A stretch of DNA of 64,000 nt, taken from NCBI GenBank assembly GCA_043228905.1, contig JBHGNT010000023.1:571045-635044 (forward strand), in the 5' to 3' direction. The position numbers were made by a program, and so were the translations under genes. The DNA is from Azolla caroliniana (Eukaryota; Plantae; Polypodiophyta). Positions 1-14,300 of the stretch are shown here, one piece after another. The notes under the pieces are model-generated. The model did no database searches. It saw only the letters and a list, made by a program, of their open reading frames with translations, and was not told the origin of the DNA. How positions within the stretch are numbered: the first letter of the stretch is position 1; every line of letters begins with the position of its first letter.

Positions 1-3000
1 AATTAAAATGTTCATAGCTGGGTCGTGTGATATCGGATTTTTGTGTTGAAACATGCGAATCGAAGCTAACAACACTTGCTATGATATGGAATTAAAAAAT
101 CAAGATTTTGAAACTCAGGTCGAGAGACATGAAGAAATTAGTAAAGTAGGGGAGGCAGTTGAGAAGAGCGCATGAGTAAATTAAAATGTTCATACCTGGC
201 TCTTGTGATATCGGATTTTAGTGTTCAAAGATGCGAATCGAAGCTAACAACACTAGCTATGATATGGAATTAAAAAATCAAAATTTCGAAACTTGGGTCG
301 AGAGACATGAAGAAATTAGTAAATTAGGGGAGGGAGTTGAGAAAAGCACGTGAGTAAATTAAAATGTTCATAGCTGGCTCGTGTGATATCGGATTTTTGT
401 GTTCAAACATGCGAATCAAAGCTAACAACACTAGCTATGATAAGGAATGAAAAAATCAAGATTTTGAAACTCAGGTCGAGAGACATGAAGAAATTAGTAA
501 ATTAGAGGAGGGTCTTGACGAGAGCGCGTGAGGAAATTAAACTGTTCATAGCTGGCTCGTGTGATATCGGATTTTTGTGTTCAGAGATGCGAATCGAAGC
601 TAACAACACTAGCTATGATATGGAATTAAAAAATCAAGATTTTGAAACTCAGGTCGAGAGACATGAAGAAATTAGTAAAGTAGGGGAGGGAGTTGAGAAG
701 AGCGCGTGAGTAAATTAAAATGTTCATAGCTGGCTCGTGTGATATCGGATTTTAGTGTTCAAACATGCGAATCGAAGCTAACAACACTAGCTATGATATG
801 GAATTAAAAAATCAAGATTTTGAGACTAAGGTCGAGTGACATGAAGAAATTAGTAAATTAGGGGAGGGAGTTGATAAGAGCGCGTGAGTAAATTAAAATG
901 TTCATACCTGGCTCGTGTGATATCGGATTTTTGTGTTCAGAGATGCGAATCGAAGCTAACAACACTTGGTATGATATGGAATTAAAAAATCAAGATTTTG
1001 AGACTAAGGTCGAGAGACATCAAGAAATTAGTAAATTAGGGGAGGGAGTTGATAAGAGCGCGTGAGTAAATTAAAATGTTCATACCTGGCTCGTGTGATC
1101 CCGGATTTTTGTCTTCAAAGATGCCAATCGAAGCTAACAATACTAGTTACGATATGGAATTAAAAAATCAAGATTTTGAAACTCAGGTCGAGAGACATGA
1201 AGAAATTAGTAAATTAGGGGAGGGAGTTGAGAAGAGCGCGTGAGTAAATTAAAATGTTCATAGCTGGCTCGTGTGATATCGGATTTTTGTGTTCAAACAT
1301 GCGAATCGAAGCTAACAACACTTGCTATGATATGGAATTAAAAAATCAAGATTTTGAAACTTAGGTCGAGAGACATGAAGAAATTAGTAAAGTAGGGGAG
1401 GCAGTTGAGAAGAGCGCATGAGTAAATTAAAATGTTCATACCTGGCTCTTGTGATATCGGATTTTAGTGTTCAAAGATGCCAATCGAAGCTAACAACAGT
1501 AGCTATGATATCGAATTAAAAAATCAAAATTTCGAAACTTGGGTCGAGAGACATGAAGAAATTAGTAAATTAGGAGAGGGAGTTGAGAAGAGCGCGTGAG
1601 TAAATTAAAATGTTCATAGCTGGCTCGTGTGATATCGAATTTTAGTGTTCAAACATGCGAATCAAAGCTAACAACACTAGCTATGATAAGGAATGAAAAA
1701 ATCAAGATTTTGAAACTTGGGTCGAGAGACATGAAGAAATTAGTAAATTAGAGGATGGTGTTGACGAGAGCGCGTGAGTAAATTAAAATGTTCATAGCTG
1801 GCTCGTGTGATATCGGATTTTAGTGTTCAAACATGCGAATCGAAGCTAACAACACTAACTATGATATGGAATTAAAAAATCAATATTTTGAAACTCAGGT
1901 CGAGAGACATCAAGAAATTAGTAAATTACATGAGGGAGTTGAGAAGAGCGCGTGAGTAAATTAAACTATTCATAGCTGGCTCGTGTGATATCCGATTTTA
2001 GTGTTCAAACATATGAATCGAAGCTAACAACACTAGCTATGATATGGAATTAAAAAATCAAGATTTTGAAACTTGGGTCGAGAGACATCAAGAAATTAGT
2101 AAATTAAATGACGGAGTTGAGAAGAGCGCGTGAGTAAATTAAAATGTTCATAGCTGGCTCGTGTGATATCGGATTTTAGTGTTCAAAGATGCCAATCGAA
2201 GCTATCAATACTAGCTATGATAAGAAATGAAAAAATCAAGATTTTGAAACTCAGGTTGAGAGACATGAAGATATTAGTAAATTAGAGGAGGGAGTTGAGA
2301 AGAGCGCGTGAGTAAATTAAAATGTTCATAGCTGGCTCGTGTGATCCCGGATTTTTATGTTCAAAGATGCGAATCGAAGCTAAAAACACTACGTATGATA
2401 TGGAATTAAAAAATCAAGATTTTGAAACTCAGTTCAAGAGACATGAAGAAATTAGTAAATTAGAGGAGGGTGTTGACAAGAGCGCATGAGTAAATTAAAA
2501 TGTTCATACCTGGCTCTTGTGATATCGGATTTTAGTGTTCAAAGATGCGAATCGAAGCTAACAACACTAGCTATGATATGAAATGAAAAAATCAAGATTT
2601 TGAAACTCAGGTCGAGAGACATGAAGATATTAGTAAATTAGAGGAGGGAGTTGAGAAGAGCGCGTGAGTAAATTAAAATGTTCATAGCTGGCTCGTGTGA
2701 TCCCGGATTTTTATGTTCAAAGATGCGAATCGAAGCTAACAACACTACGTATGATATGGAATGAAAAAATCAAGATTTTGAAACTCAGGTCGAGAGACAT
2801 GAAGAAATTGGTAAATTAGAGGAGGGTATTGCAAGAGCGCGTGAGTAAATTAAAATGTTCATAGCTGGCTCGTGTGATATCGGATTTTTGTGTTCAGAGA
2901 TGCGAATCGAAGCTAACAACACTAGCTATGATATGGAATTAAAAAATCAAGATTTTGAAACACAGGTCGAGAGACATGAAGAAATTAGTAAATTAGAGGA

Positions 3001-5399
3001 GGGTGTTGACAAGAGCGCATGAGTAAATTAAAATGTTCATACCTGGCTCTTGTGATATCGGATTTTAGTGTTCAAAGATGCCAATCGAAGCTAACAACAC
3101 TAGCTATGATATGGAATTAAAAAATCAAGATTTCGAAACTTGGGTCGAGAGACATGAAGAAATTAGTAAATTAGGGGAGGGAGTTGAGAAGAGCGCGTGA
3201 GTAAATTAAAATGGTCATAGCTGGCTCGTGTGATGTCGGATTTTTGTGTTCAAACATGCCAATCGAAGCTAACAACACTAGCTATGATATGGAATTAAAA
3301 AATCAAGATTTTGAGACTCAGGTCGAGAGACATGAAGAAATTAGTAAATTAGGGGAGGGAGTTTAGAAGAGCGCTTGAGTAAATTAAAATGTTCATAGCT
3401 GGCTCGTGTGATATCGGATTTTAGTGTTCAAACATGCGAATCGAAGCTAACAACACTTGCTATGATATGGAATTAAACAATCAAGATTTTGAAACTCAGG
3501 TCGAGAGACATGAAGAAATTAGTAAATTAGAGGAGGGTATTGCAAGAGCGCGTGAGTAAATTAAAATGTTCATAGCTGGCTCGTGTGATATCGGATTTTT
3601 GTGTTCAGAGATGCGAATCGAAGCTAACAACACTAGCTATGATATGGAATTAAAAAATCAAGATTTTGAAACTCAGGTCGAGAGACATGAAGAAATTAGT
3701 AAATTAGAGGAGGGTGTTGACAAGAGCGCATGAGTAAATTAAAATGTTCATACCTGGCTCTTGTGATATCGGATTTTAGTGTTCAAAGATGCCAATCGAA
3801 GCTAACAACACTAGCTATTATATCGAATTAAAAAATCAAAATTTCGAAACTTGGGTCGAGAGACATGAAGAAATTAGTAAATTAGGAGAGGGAGTTGAGA
3901 AGAGCGCGTGAGTAAATTAAAATGTTCATAGCTGGCTCGTGTGATATCGGATTTTAGTGTTCAAACATGCGAATCAAAGCTAACAACACTAGCTATGATA
4001 AGGAATGAAAAAATCAATATTTTGAAACTTGGGTCGAGAGACATGAAGAAATTAGTAAATTAGAGGAGGGTGTTGACGAGAGCGCGTGAGTAAATTAAAA
4101 TGTTCATAGCTGGCTCGTGTGATATCGGATTTTAGTGTTCAAACATGCGAATCGAAGCTAACAACACTAACTATGATATGGAATTAAAAAATCAATATTT
4201 TGAAACTTGGGTCGAGAGATATCAAGAAATTAGTAAATTACATGAGGGAGTTGAGAAGAGCGCGTGAGTAAATTAAACTATTCATAGCTGGCTCGTGTGA
4301 TATCCGATTTTAGTGTTCAAACATATGAATCGAAGCTAACAACACTAGCTATGATATGGAATTAAAAAATCAAGATTTTGAAACTTGGGTCGAGAGACAT
4401 CAAGAAATTAGTAAATTACATGACGGAGTTGAGAAGAGCGCGTGAGTAAATTAAAATGTTCATAGCTGGCTCGTGTGATATCGGATTTTAGTGTTGAAAG
4501 ATGCGAATCGAAGCTAACAATACTAGCTATGATAAGAAATGAAAAAATCAAGATTTTGAAACTCAGGTCGAGAGACATGAAGATATTAGTAAATTAGAGG
4601 AGGGAGTTGAGAAGAGCGCGTGAGTAAATTAAAATGTTCATAGCTGGCTCGTGTGATCCCGGATTTTTATGTTCAAAGATGCGAATCGAAGCTAACAACA
4701 CTACGTATGATATGGAATTAAAAAATCAAGATTTTGAAACTCAGTTCAAGAGACATGAAGAAATTAGTAAATTAGAGGAGGGTGTTGACAAGAGCGCATG
4801 AGTAAATTAAAATGTTCATACCTGGCTCTTGTGATATCGGATTTTAGTGTTCAAAGATGGGAATCGAAGCTAACAACACTAGCTATGATATGGAATGAAA
4901 AAATCAAGATTTTGAAACTCAGGTCGAGAGACATGAAGATATTAGTAAATTAGAGGAGGGAGTTGAGAAGAGCGCGTGAGTAAATTAAAATGTTCATAGC
5001 TGGCTCGTGTGATCCCGGATTTTTATGTTCAAAGATGCGAATCGAAGCTAACAACACTACGTATGATATGGAATGAAAAAATCAAGATTTTGAAACTCAG
5101 GTCGAGAGACATGAAGAAATTGGTAAATTAGAGGAGGGTATTGCAAGAGCGCGTGAGTAAATTAAAATGTTCATAGATGGCTCGTGTGATATCGGATTTT
5201 TGTGTTCAGAGATGCGAATCGAAGCTAACAACACTAGCTATGATATGGAATTAAAAAATCAAGATTTTGAAACACAGGTCGAGAGACATGAAGAAATTAG
5301 TAAATTAGAGGAGGGTGTTGACAAGAGCGCATGAGTAAATTAAAATGTTCATACCTGGCTCTTGTGATATCGGATTTTAGTGTTCAAAGATGCCAATCG

Positions 5400-8300
5400 A
5401 AGCTAACAACACTAGCTATGATATGGAATTAAAAAATCAAGATTTCGAAACTTGGGTCGAGAGACATGAAGAAATTAGTAAATTAGGGGAGGGAGTTGAT
5501 AAGAGCGCGTGAGTAAATTAAAATGTTCATAGCTGGCTCGTGTGATGTCGGATTTTTGTGTTCAAACATGCCAATCGAAGCTAACAACACTAGCTATGAT
5601 ATGGAATTAAAAAATCAAGATTTTGAGACTCAGGTCGAGAGACATGAAGAAATTAGTAAATTAGGGGAGGGAGTTTAGAAGAGCGCTTGAGTAAATTAAA
5701 ATGTTCATAGCTGGCTCGTGTGATATCGGATTTTAGTGTTCAAACATGCGAATCGAAGCTAACAACACTTGCTATGATATGGAATCAAAAAATCAAGATT
5801 TTGAGACTCAGCTCGAGAGACATGAAGAAATTAGTAAATTAGGGGAGGGAGTTGATAAGAGCGCGTGAGTAAATTAAAATGTTAACAATCGAAGCTAACA
5901 ACACTAGCTATGATATGGAATTAAAAAATCAAGATTTCGAAACTTGGGTCTAGAGACATGAAGAAATTAGTAAATTAGGGGAGGGAGTTTAGAAGAGCGC
6001 TTGAGTAAATTAAAATGTTCATAGCTGGCTCGTGTGATATTGGATTTTTGTGTTCAAACATGCGAATCGAAGCTAACAACACTTGCTATGATATGGAATC
6101 AAAAAATCAAGATTTTGAGACTCAGCTCGAGAGACATGAAGAAATTAGTAAGTTAGGGGAGGGAGTTGATAAGAGCGCGTGAGTAAATTAAAATGTTCAT
6201 ACCTGGCTCGTGTGATACCGGATTTTTGTGTTCAAACATGCGAATCGAAGCTAACAACACTAGCTAGGATATGGAATTAAAAAATCAAGATTTTGAAACT
6301 CAGGTCGAGAGACATGTAGAAATTAGTAAATTAGGGGAGGGAGCTAGGAAGAGCGCGTGAGTAAATTAAAATGTTCATACCTGGCTCGTGTGATCCCGGA
6401 TTTTTGTGTTCAAAGATGCGAATCGAAGCTAACAACACTAGCTATGATATGGAATTAAAAAATCAAGATTTTGAAACTTGGGTCGAGAGACATGAAGAAA
6501 TTAGTAAAGTAGGGGAGGGAGTTGAGAAGAGCGCGTGAGTAAATTAAAATGTTCATACCTGGCTCGTGTGATATCGGATTTTAGTGTTCAAACATGCGAA
6601 TCGAAGCTAACAACACTAGCTATGATATGGAATTAAAAAATCAAGATTTTGAAACTCAGGTCGAGAGACATGAAGAAATTAGTAAAGTAGGGGAGGGAGT
6701 TGAGAAGAGCGCGTGAGTAAATTAAAATGTTCATAGCTGGCTCGTGTGATATCGGATTTTAGTGTTCAAACATGCGAATCGAAGCTAACAACACTAGCTA
6801 TGATATGGAATTAAGAAATCAATATTTTGAAACTTAGGTCGAGAGACATGAAGAAATTAGTAAATTAGAGGAGGGCGTTGACGAGAGCGCGTGAGTAAAT
6901 TAAAATGTTCATAGCTGGCTCCTGTGATATTGGATTTTTGTGTTCAAACATGCGAATCGAAGCTAACAACACTTGCTATGATATGGAATCAAAAAATCAA
7001 GATTTTGAGACTCAGCTCGAGAGACATGAAGAAATTAGTAAATTAGGGGAGGGAGTTGATAAGAGCGCGTGAGTAAATTAAAATGTTTATACCTGGCTCG
7101 TGTGATACCGGATTTTTGTGTTCAAACATGCGAATCGAAGCTAACAACACTAGCTAGGATATGGAATTAAAAAATCAAGATTTTGAAACTCAGGTCGAGA
7201 GACATGAAGAAATTAGTAAATTAGGGGAGGGAGCTAGGAAGAGCGCGCGAGTAAATTAAAATGTTCATAGCTGGCTCGTGTGATATCGGATTTTAGTGTT
7301 CAAAGATGCCAATCGAAGCTAACAACACTAGCTATGATAAGAAATGAAAAAATCAAGATTTTGAAACTCAGGTCGAGAGACATGAAGATATTAGTAAATT
7401 AGAGGAGGGAGTTGAGAAGAGCGCGTGAGTAAATTAAAATGTTCATAGCTGGCTCGTGTGATCCCGGATTTTTATGTTCAAAGATGCGAATCGAAGCTAA
7501 CAACACTACGTATGATATGGAATGAAAAAATCAAGATTTTGAAACTTGGGTCGAGAGACATCAAGAAATTAGTAAATTACATGAGGGAGTTGAGAAGAGC
7601 GCGTGAGTAAATTAAACTGTTCATAGCTGGCTCGTGTGATATCGGATTTTAGTGTTCAAACATATGAATCGAAGCTAACAACACTAGCTATGATATGGAA
7701 TTAAAAAATCAAGATTTTTGAAACTTGGGTCGAGAGACATCAAGAAATTAGTAAATTACATGACGGAGTTGAGAAGAGCGCGCGAGTAAATTAAAATGTT
7801 CATAGCTGGCTCGTGTGATGTCGGATTTTTGTGTTCAAACATGCTAATCAAAGCTAACAACACTAGCTATGATAAGGAATGAAAAAATCAAGATTTTGAA
7901 ACTCAGGTCGAGAGACATGAAGATATTAGTAAATTAGAGGAGGGAGTTGAGAAGAGCGCATGAGTAAATTAAAATGTTCATAGCTGGCTCGTGTGATCCC
8001 GGATTTTTATGTTCAAAGATGCGAATCGAAGCTAACAACACTACGTATGATATGGAATGAAAAAATCAAGATTTTGAAACTCAGGTCGAGAGACATGAAG
8101 ATATTAGTAAATTAGAGGAGGGAGTTGAGAAGAGCGCGTGAGTAAATTAAAATGTTCATAGCTGGCTCCTGTGATATCGGATTTTTGTGTTCAGAGATGC
8201 GAATCGAAGCTAACAACACTAGCTATGATATGGAATTAAAAAATCAAGATTTTGAAACTCAGGTCGAGAGACATGAAAAAATTAGTAAATTAGAGGAGGG

Positions 8301-11300
8301 TGTTGACAAGAGCGCATGAGTAAATTAAAATGTTCATACCTGGCTCTTGTGATATCGGATTTTAGTGTTCAAAGATGCCAATCGAAGCTAACAACACTAG
8401 CTATTATATCGAATTAAAAAATCAAAATTTCGAAACTCAGGTCGAGAGACATGAAGAAATTAGTAAAGTAGGGGAGGGAGTTGAGAAGAGCGCGTGAGTA
8501 AATTAAAATGTTCATAGCTGGCTCGTGTGATATCGGATTTTAGTGTTCAAACATGCGAATCAAAGCTAACAACACTAGCTATGATAAGGAATGAAAAAAT
8601 CATGATTTTGAAACTTGGGTCGAGAGACATGAAGAAATTAGTAAATTAGAGGAGGGTGTTGACGAGAGCGCGTGAGTAAATTAAAATGTTCATAGCTGGC
8701 TCGTGTGATATCGGATTTTAGTGTTCAAACATGCGAATCGGATCTAACAACACTAACTATGATATGGAATTAAAAAATCAATATTTTGAAACTTGGGTCG
8801 AGAGATATCAAGAAATTAGTAAATTACATGAGGGAGTTGAGAAGAGCGCGTGAGTAAATTAAACTGTTCATAGCTGGCTCGTGTGATATCGGATTTTAGT
8901 GTTCAAACATATGAATCGAAGCTAACAACACTAGCTATGATATGGAATTAAAAAATCAAGATTTTGAAACTTGGGTCGAGAGACATCAAGAAATTAGTAA
9001 ATTACATGACGGAGTTGAGAAGAGCGCGCGAGTAAATTAAAATGTTCATAGCTGGCTCGTGTGATATCGGATTTTAGTGTTCAAAGATGCCAATCGAAGC
9101 TAACAACACTAGCTATGAGAAGAAATGAAAAAATCAAGATTTTGAAACTCAGGTCGAGAGACATGAAGATATTAGTAAATTAGAGGAGGGAGTTGAGAAG
9201 AGCGCGTGAGTAAATTAAAATGTTCATAGCTGGCTCGTGTGATCCCGGATTTTTATGTTCAAAGATGCGAATCGAAGCTAACAACACTACGTATGATATG
9301 GAATGAAAAAATCAAGATTTTGAAACTTGGGTCGAGAGACATCAAGAAATTAGTAAATTACATGAGGGAGTTGAGAAGAGCGCGTGAGTAAATTAAACTG
9401 TTCATAGCTGGCTCGTGTGATATCGGATTTTAGTGTTCAAACATATGAATCGAAGGTAACAGCACTAGCTATGATATGGAATTAAAAAATCAAGATTTTG
9501 AAACTTGGGTCGAGAGACATCAAGAAATTAGTAAATTACATGACGGAGTTGAGAAGAGCGCGCGAGTAAATTAAAATGTTCATAGCTGGCTCGTGTGATA
9601 TCGGATTTTAGTGTTCAAAGATGCCAATCGAAGCTAACAACACTAGCTATGATAAGAAATGAAAAAATCAAGATTTCGAAACTCAGGTCGAGAGACATGA
9701 AGATATTAGTAAATTAGAGGAGGGAGTTGAGAAGAGCGCGTGAGTAAATTAAAATGTTCATAGCTGGCTCGTGTGATCCCGGATTTTTATGTTCAAAGAT
9801 GCGAATCGAAGCTAACAACACTACGTTTGATATGGAATGAAAAAATCAAGATTTTGAAACTCAGGTCGAGAGACATGAAGAAATTGGTAAATTAGAGGAG
9901 GGTATTGCAAGAGCGCGTGAGTAAATTAAAATGTTCATAACTGGCTCGTGTGATATCGGATTTTTGTGTTCAGAGATGCGAATCGAATCTAACAGCACTA
10001 GCTATGATATGGAATTAAAAAATCAAGATTTTGAAACACAGGTCGAGAGACATGAAGAAATTAGTAAATTAGAGGAGGCTGTTGACAAGAGGGCATGAGT
10101 AAATTAAAATGTTCATACCTGGCTCTTGTGATATCGGATTTTAGTGTTCAAAGATGCCAATCGAAGCTAACAACACTAGCTATGATATGGAATTAAAAAA
10201 TCAAGATTTCGAAACTTGGGTCGAGAGACATGAAGAAATTAGTAAATTAGGGGAGGGAGTTGAGAAGAGCGCGTGAGTAAATTAAAATGTTCATAGCTGG
10301 CTCGTGTGATATCGGATTTTTGTGTTCAAACATGCGAATCGAAGCTAACAACACTTGCTATGATATGGAATCAAAAAATCAAGATTTTGAGACTCAGGTC
10401 GAGAGACATGAAGAAATTAGTAAATTAGGGTAGGGAGTTTAGAAGAGCGCTTGAGTAAATTAAAATGTTCATAGCTGGCTCGTGTGATATCGGATTTTAG
10501 TGTTCAAACATGCGAATCGAAGCTAACAACACTTGCTATGATATGGAATCAAAAAATCAAGATTTTGAGACTCAGCTCGAGAGACATGAAGACATTAGTA
10601 AATTAGGGGAGGGAGTTGATAAGAGCGCGTGAGTAAATTAAAATGTTAACAATCGAAGCTAACAACACTAGCTATGATATGGAATTAAAAAATCAAGATT
10701 TCGAAACTTGGGTCTAGAGACATGAAGAAATTAGTAAATTAGGGGAGGGAGTTTAGAAGAGCGCTTGAGTAAATTAAAATGTTCATAGCTGGCTCGTGTG
10801 ATATCGGATTTTTGTGTTCAAACATGCGAATCGAAGCTAACAACACTTGCTATGATATGGAATCAAAAAATCAAGATTTTGAGACTCAGCTCGAGAGACA
10901 TGAAGAAATTAGTAAATTAGGGGAGGGAGTTGATAAGAGCGCGTGAGTAAATTAAAATGTTCATACCTGGCTCGTGTGATACCGGATTTTTGTGTTCAAA
11001 CATGCGAATCGAAGCTAACAACACTAGCTAGGATATGGAATTAAAAAATCAAGATTTTGAAACTCAGGTCGAGAGACATGAAGAAATTAGTAAATTAGGG
11101 GAGGGAGCTAGGAAGAGCGCGTGAGTAAATTAAAATGTTCATACCTGGCTCGTGTGATGTCGGATTTTTGTGTTCAAAGATGCGAATCGAAGCTAACAAC
11201 ACTAGCTATGATATGGAATTAAAAAATCAAGATTTTGAAACTTGGGTCGAGAGACATGAAAAAATTAATAAAGTAGGGGAGGGAGTTGATAAGAGCGCGT

Positions 11301-14300
11301 GAGTAAATTAAAATGTTCATAGCTGGCTCGTGTGATATCGGATTTTAGTGTTCAAACATGAGAATCGAAGCTAATAACACTAGCTATGATATGGAATTAA
11401 AAAATCAAGATTTTGAAACTTGGGTCGAGAGACATCAAGAAATTAGTAAATTACATGACGGAGTTGAGAAGAGCGCGTGAGTAAATTAAAATGTTCATAG
11501 CTGGCTCGTGTGATACCGGATTTTTGTGTTCAAAGATGCCAATCGTAGCTAACAACACTTGCTATGATATGGAATTAAAAAATCAAGATTTTGAAACTCA
11601 GGTCGAGAGACATGAAGAAATTAGTAAAGTAGGGGAGGGAGTTGAGAAGAGCGCGTGAGTAAATTAAAATGTTCATAGCTGGCTCGTGTGATATCGGATT
11701 TTAGTGTTCAAACATGCGAATCGAAGCTAACAACACTAACTATGATATGGAATTAAAAAATCAAGATTTTGAAACTTGGGTCTAGAGATATCAAGAAATT
11801 AGTAAATTACATGAGGGAGTTGAGAAGAGCGCGTGAGTAAATTAAAATGTTCATAGCTGGCTCGTGTGATATCGGATTTTAGTGTTCAAACATGCGAATC
11901 AAAGCTAACAACACTAGCTATGATAAGGAATGAAAAAATCAAGATTTTGAAACTCAGGTCGAGAGACATGAAGATATTAGTAAATTAGAGGAGGGAGTTG
12001 AGAAGAGCGCGTGAGTAAATTAAAATGTTCATAGCTGGCTCGTGTGATCCCGGATTTTTATGTTCAAAGATGCGAATCGAAGCTAACAACACTACGTATG
12101 ATATGGAATTAAAAAATCAAGATTTTGAAACTCAGGTCGAGAGACATGAAGAAATTAGTAAATTAGAGGAGGGTGTTGACAAGAGCGCATGAGTAAATTA
12201 AAATGTTCATACCTGGCTCTTGGGATATCGGATTTTAGTGTTCAAAGATGCGAATCGAAGCTAACAACACTAGCTATGATATGGAATTAAAAAATCAAGA
12301 TTTCGAAACTTGGGTCGAGAGACATGAAGAAATTAGTAAATTAGGGGAGGGAGTTTAGAAGAGCGCTTGAGTAAATTAAAATGTTCATAGCTGGCTCGTG
12401 TGATATCGGATTTTTGTGTTCAAACATGCGAATCGAAGCTAACAACACTAGCTATGATAAGGAATGAAAAATCAAGATTTTGAAACTCAGGTCGTGAGAC
12501 ATGAAGATATTAGTAAATTAGAGGAGGGAGTTGAGAAGAGCGCGTGAGTAAATTAAAATGTTCATAGCTGGCTCGTGTGATCCCGGATTTTTATGTTCAA
12601 AGATGCGAATCGAAGCTAACAACACTACGTATGATATGGAATGAAAAAATCAAGATTTTGAAACTCAGGTCGAGAGACATGAAGAAATTGGTAAATTAGA
12701 GGAGGGTATTGCAAGAGCGCGTGAGTAAATTAAAATGTTCATAGATGGCTCGTGTGATATCGGATTTTTGTGTTCAGAGATGCGAATCGAAGCTAACAAC
12801 ACTAGCTATGATATGGAATTAAAAAATCAAGATTTTGAAACTCAGGTCGAGAGACATGAAGAAATTAGTAAATTAGAGGAGGGTGTTGACAAGAGCGCAT
12901 GAGTAAATTAAAATGTTCATACCTGGCTCTTGTGATATCGGATTTTAGGGTTCAGAGATGCCAATCGAAGCTAACAACACTAGCTATGATATGGAATTAA
13001 AAAATCAAGATTTCGAAACTTGGGTCGAGAGACATGAAGAAATTAGTAAATTAGGGGAGGGAGTTGATAAGAGCGCGTGAGTAAATTAAAATGTTCATAG
13101 CTGGCTCGTGTGATGTCGGATTTTTGTGTTCAAACATGCCAATCGAAGCTAACAACACTAGCTATGATATGGAATTAAAAAATCAAGATTTTGAGACTCA
13201 GGTCGAGAGACATGAAGAAATTAGTAAATTAGGGGAGGGAGTTTAGAAGAGCGCTTGAGTAAATTAAAATGTTCATAGCTGGCTCGTGTGATATCGGATT
13301 TTAGTGTTCAAACATGCGAATCGAAGCTAACAACACTTGCTATGATATGGAATCAAAAAATCAAGATTTTGAGACTCAGCTCGAGAGACATGAAGAAATT
13401 AGTAAATTAGGGGAGGGAGTTGATAAGAGCGCGTGAGTAAATTAAAATGTTAACAATCGAAGCTAACAACACTAGCTATGATATGGAATTAAAAAATCAA
13501 GATTTCGAAACTTGGGTCTAGAGACATGAAGAAATTAGTAAATTAGGGGAGGGAGTTTAGAAGAGCGCTTGAGTAAATTAAAATGTTCATAGCTGGCTCG
13601 TGTGATATTGGATTTTTGTGTTCAAACATGCGAATCGAAGCTAACAACACTTGCTATGATATGGAATCAAAAAATCAAGATTTTGAGACTCAGCTCGAGA
13701 GACATGAAGAAATTAGTAAGTTAGGGGAGGGAGTTGATAAGAGCGCGTGAGTAAATTAAAATGTTCATACCTGGCTCGTGTGATACCGGATTTTAGTGTT
13801 CAAACATGAGAATCGAAGCTAATAACACTAGCTATGATATGGAATTAAAAAATCAAGATTTTGAAACTTGGGTCGAGAGACATCAAGAAATTAGTAAATT
13901 ACATGACGGAGTTGAGAAGAGCGCGTGAGTAAATTAAAATGTTCATAGCTGGCTCGTGTGATACCGGATTTTTGTGTTCAAAGATGCCAATCGTAGCTAA
14001 CAACACTTGCTATGATATGGAATTAAAAAATCAAGATTTTGAAACTCAGGTCGAGAGACATGAAGAAATTAGTAAAGTAGGGGAGGGAGTTGAGAAGAGC
14101 GCGTGAGTAAATTAAAATGTTCATAGCTGGCTCGTGTGATATCGGATTTTAGTGTTCAAACATGCGAATCGAAGCTAACAACACTAACTATGATATGGAA
14201 TTAAAAAATCAAGATTTTGAAACTTGGGTCTAGAGATATCAAGAAATTAGTAAATTACATGAGGGAGTTGAGAAGAGCGCGTGAGTAAATTAAAATGTTC

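Noticed and set aside
1-178. Identity with Arabidopsis thaliana CEN178/CEN180
   Set aside because: Same length, but the sequence does not resemble the CEN180 consensus as I recall it and lacks its HindIII site (AAGCTA here). A BLAST search would settle this.
515-709. 64-aa ORF
   Set aside because: Lies entirely in satellite sequence, opened by chance SNPs that remove stop codons. Non-ATG start and no recognisable domain.
7711-7720. Single-base indels such as AAGATTTTTG (also near 43540, 44741, 47858)
   Set aside because: Isolated 1-bp changes, mostly in homopolymers and absent from sister copies; indistinguishable from sequencing error.
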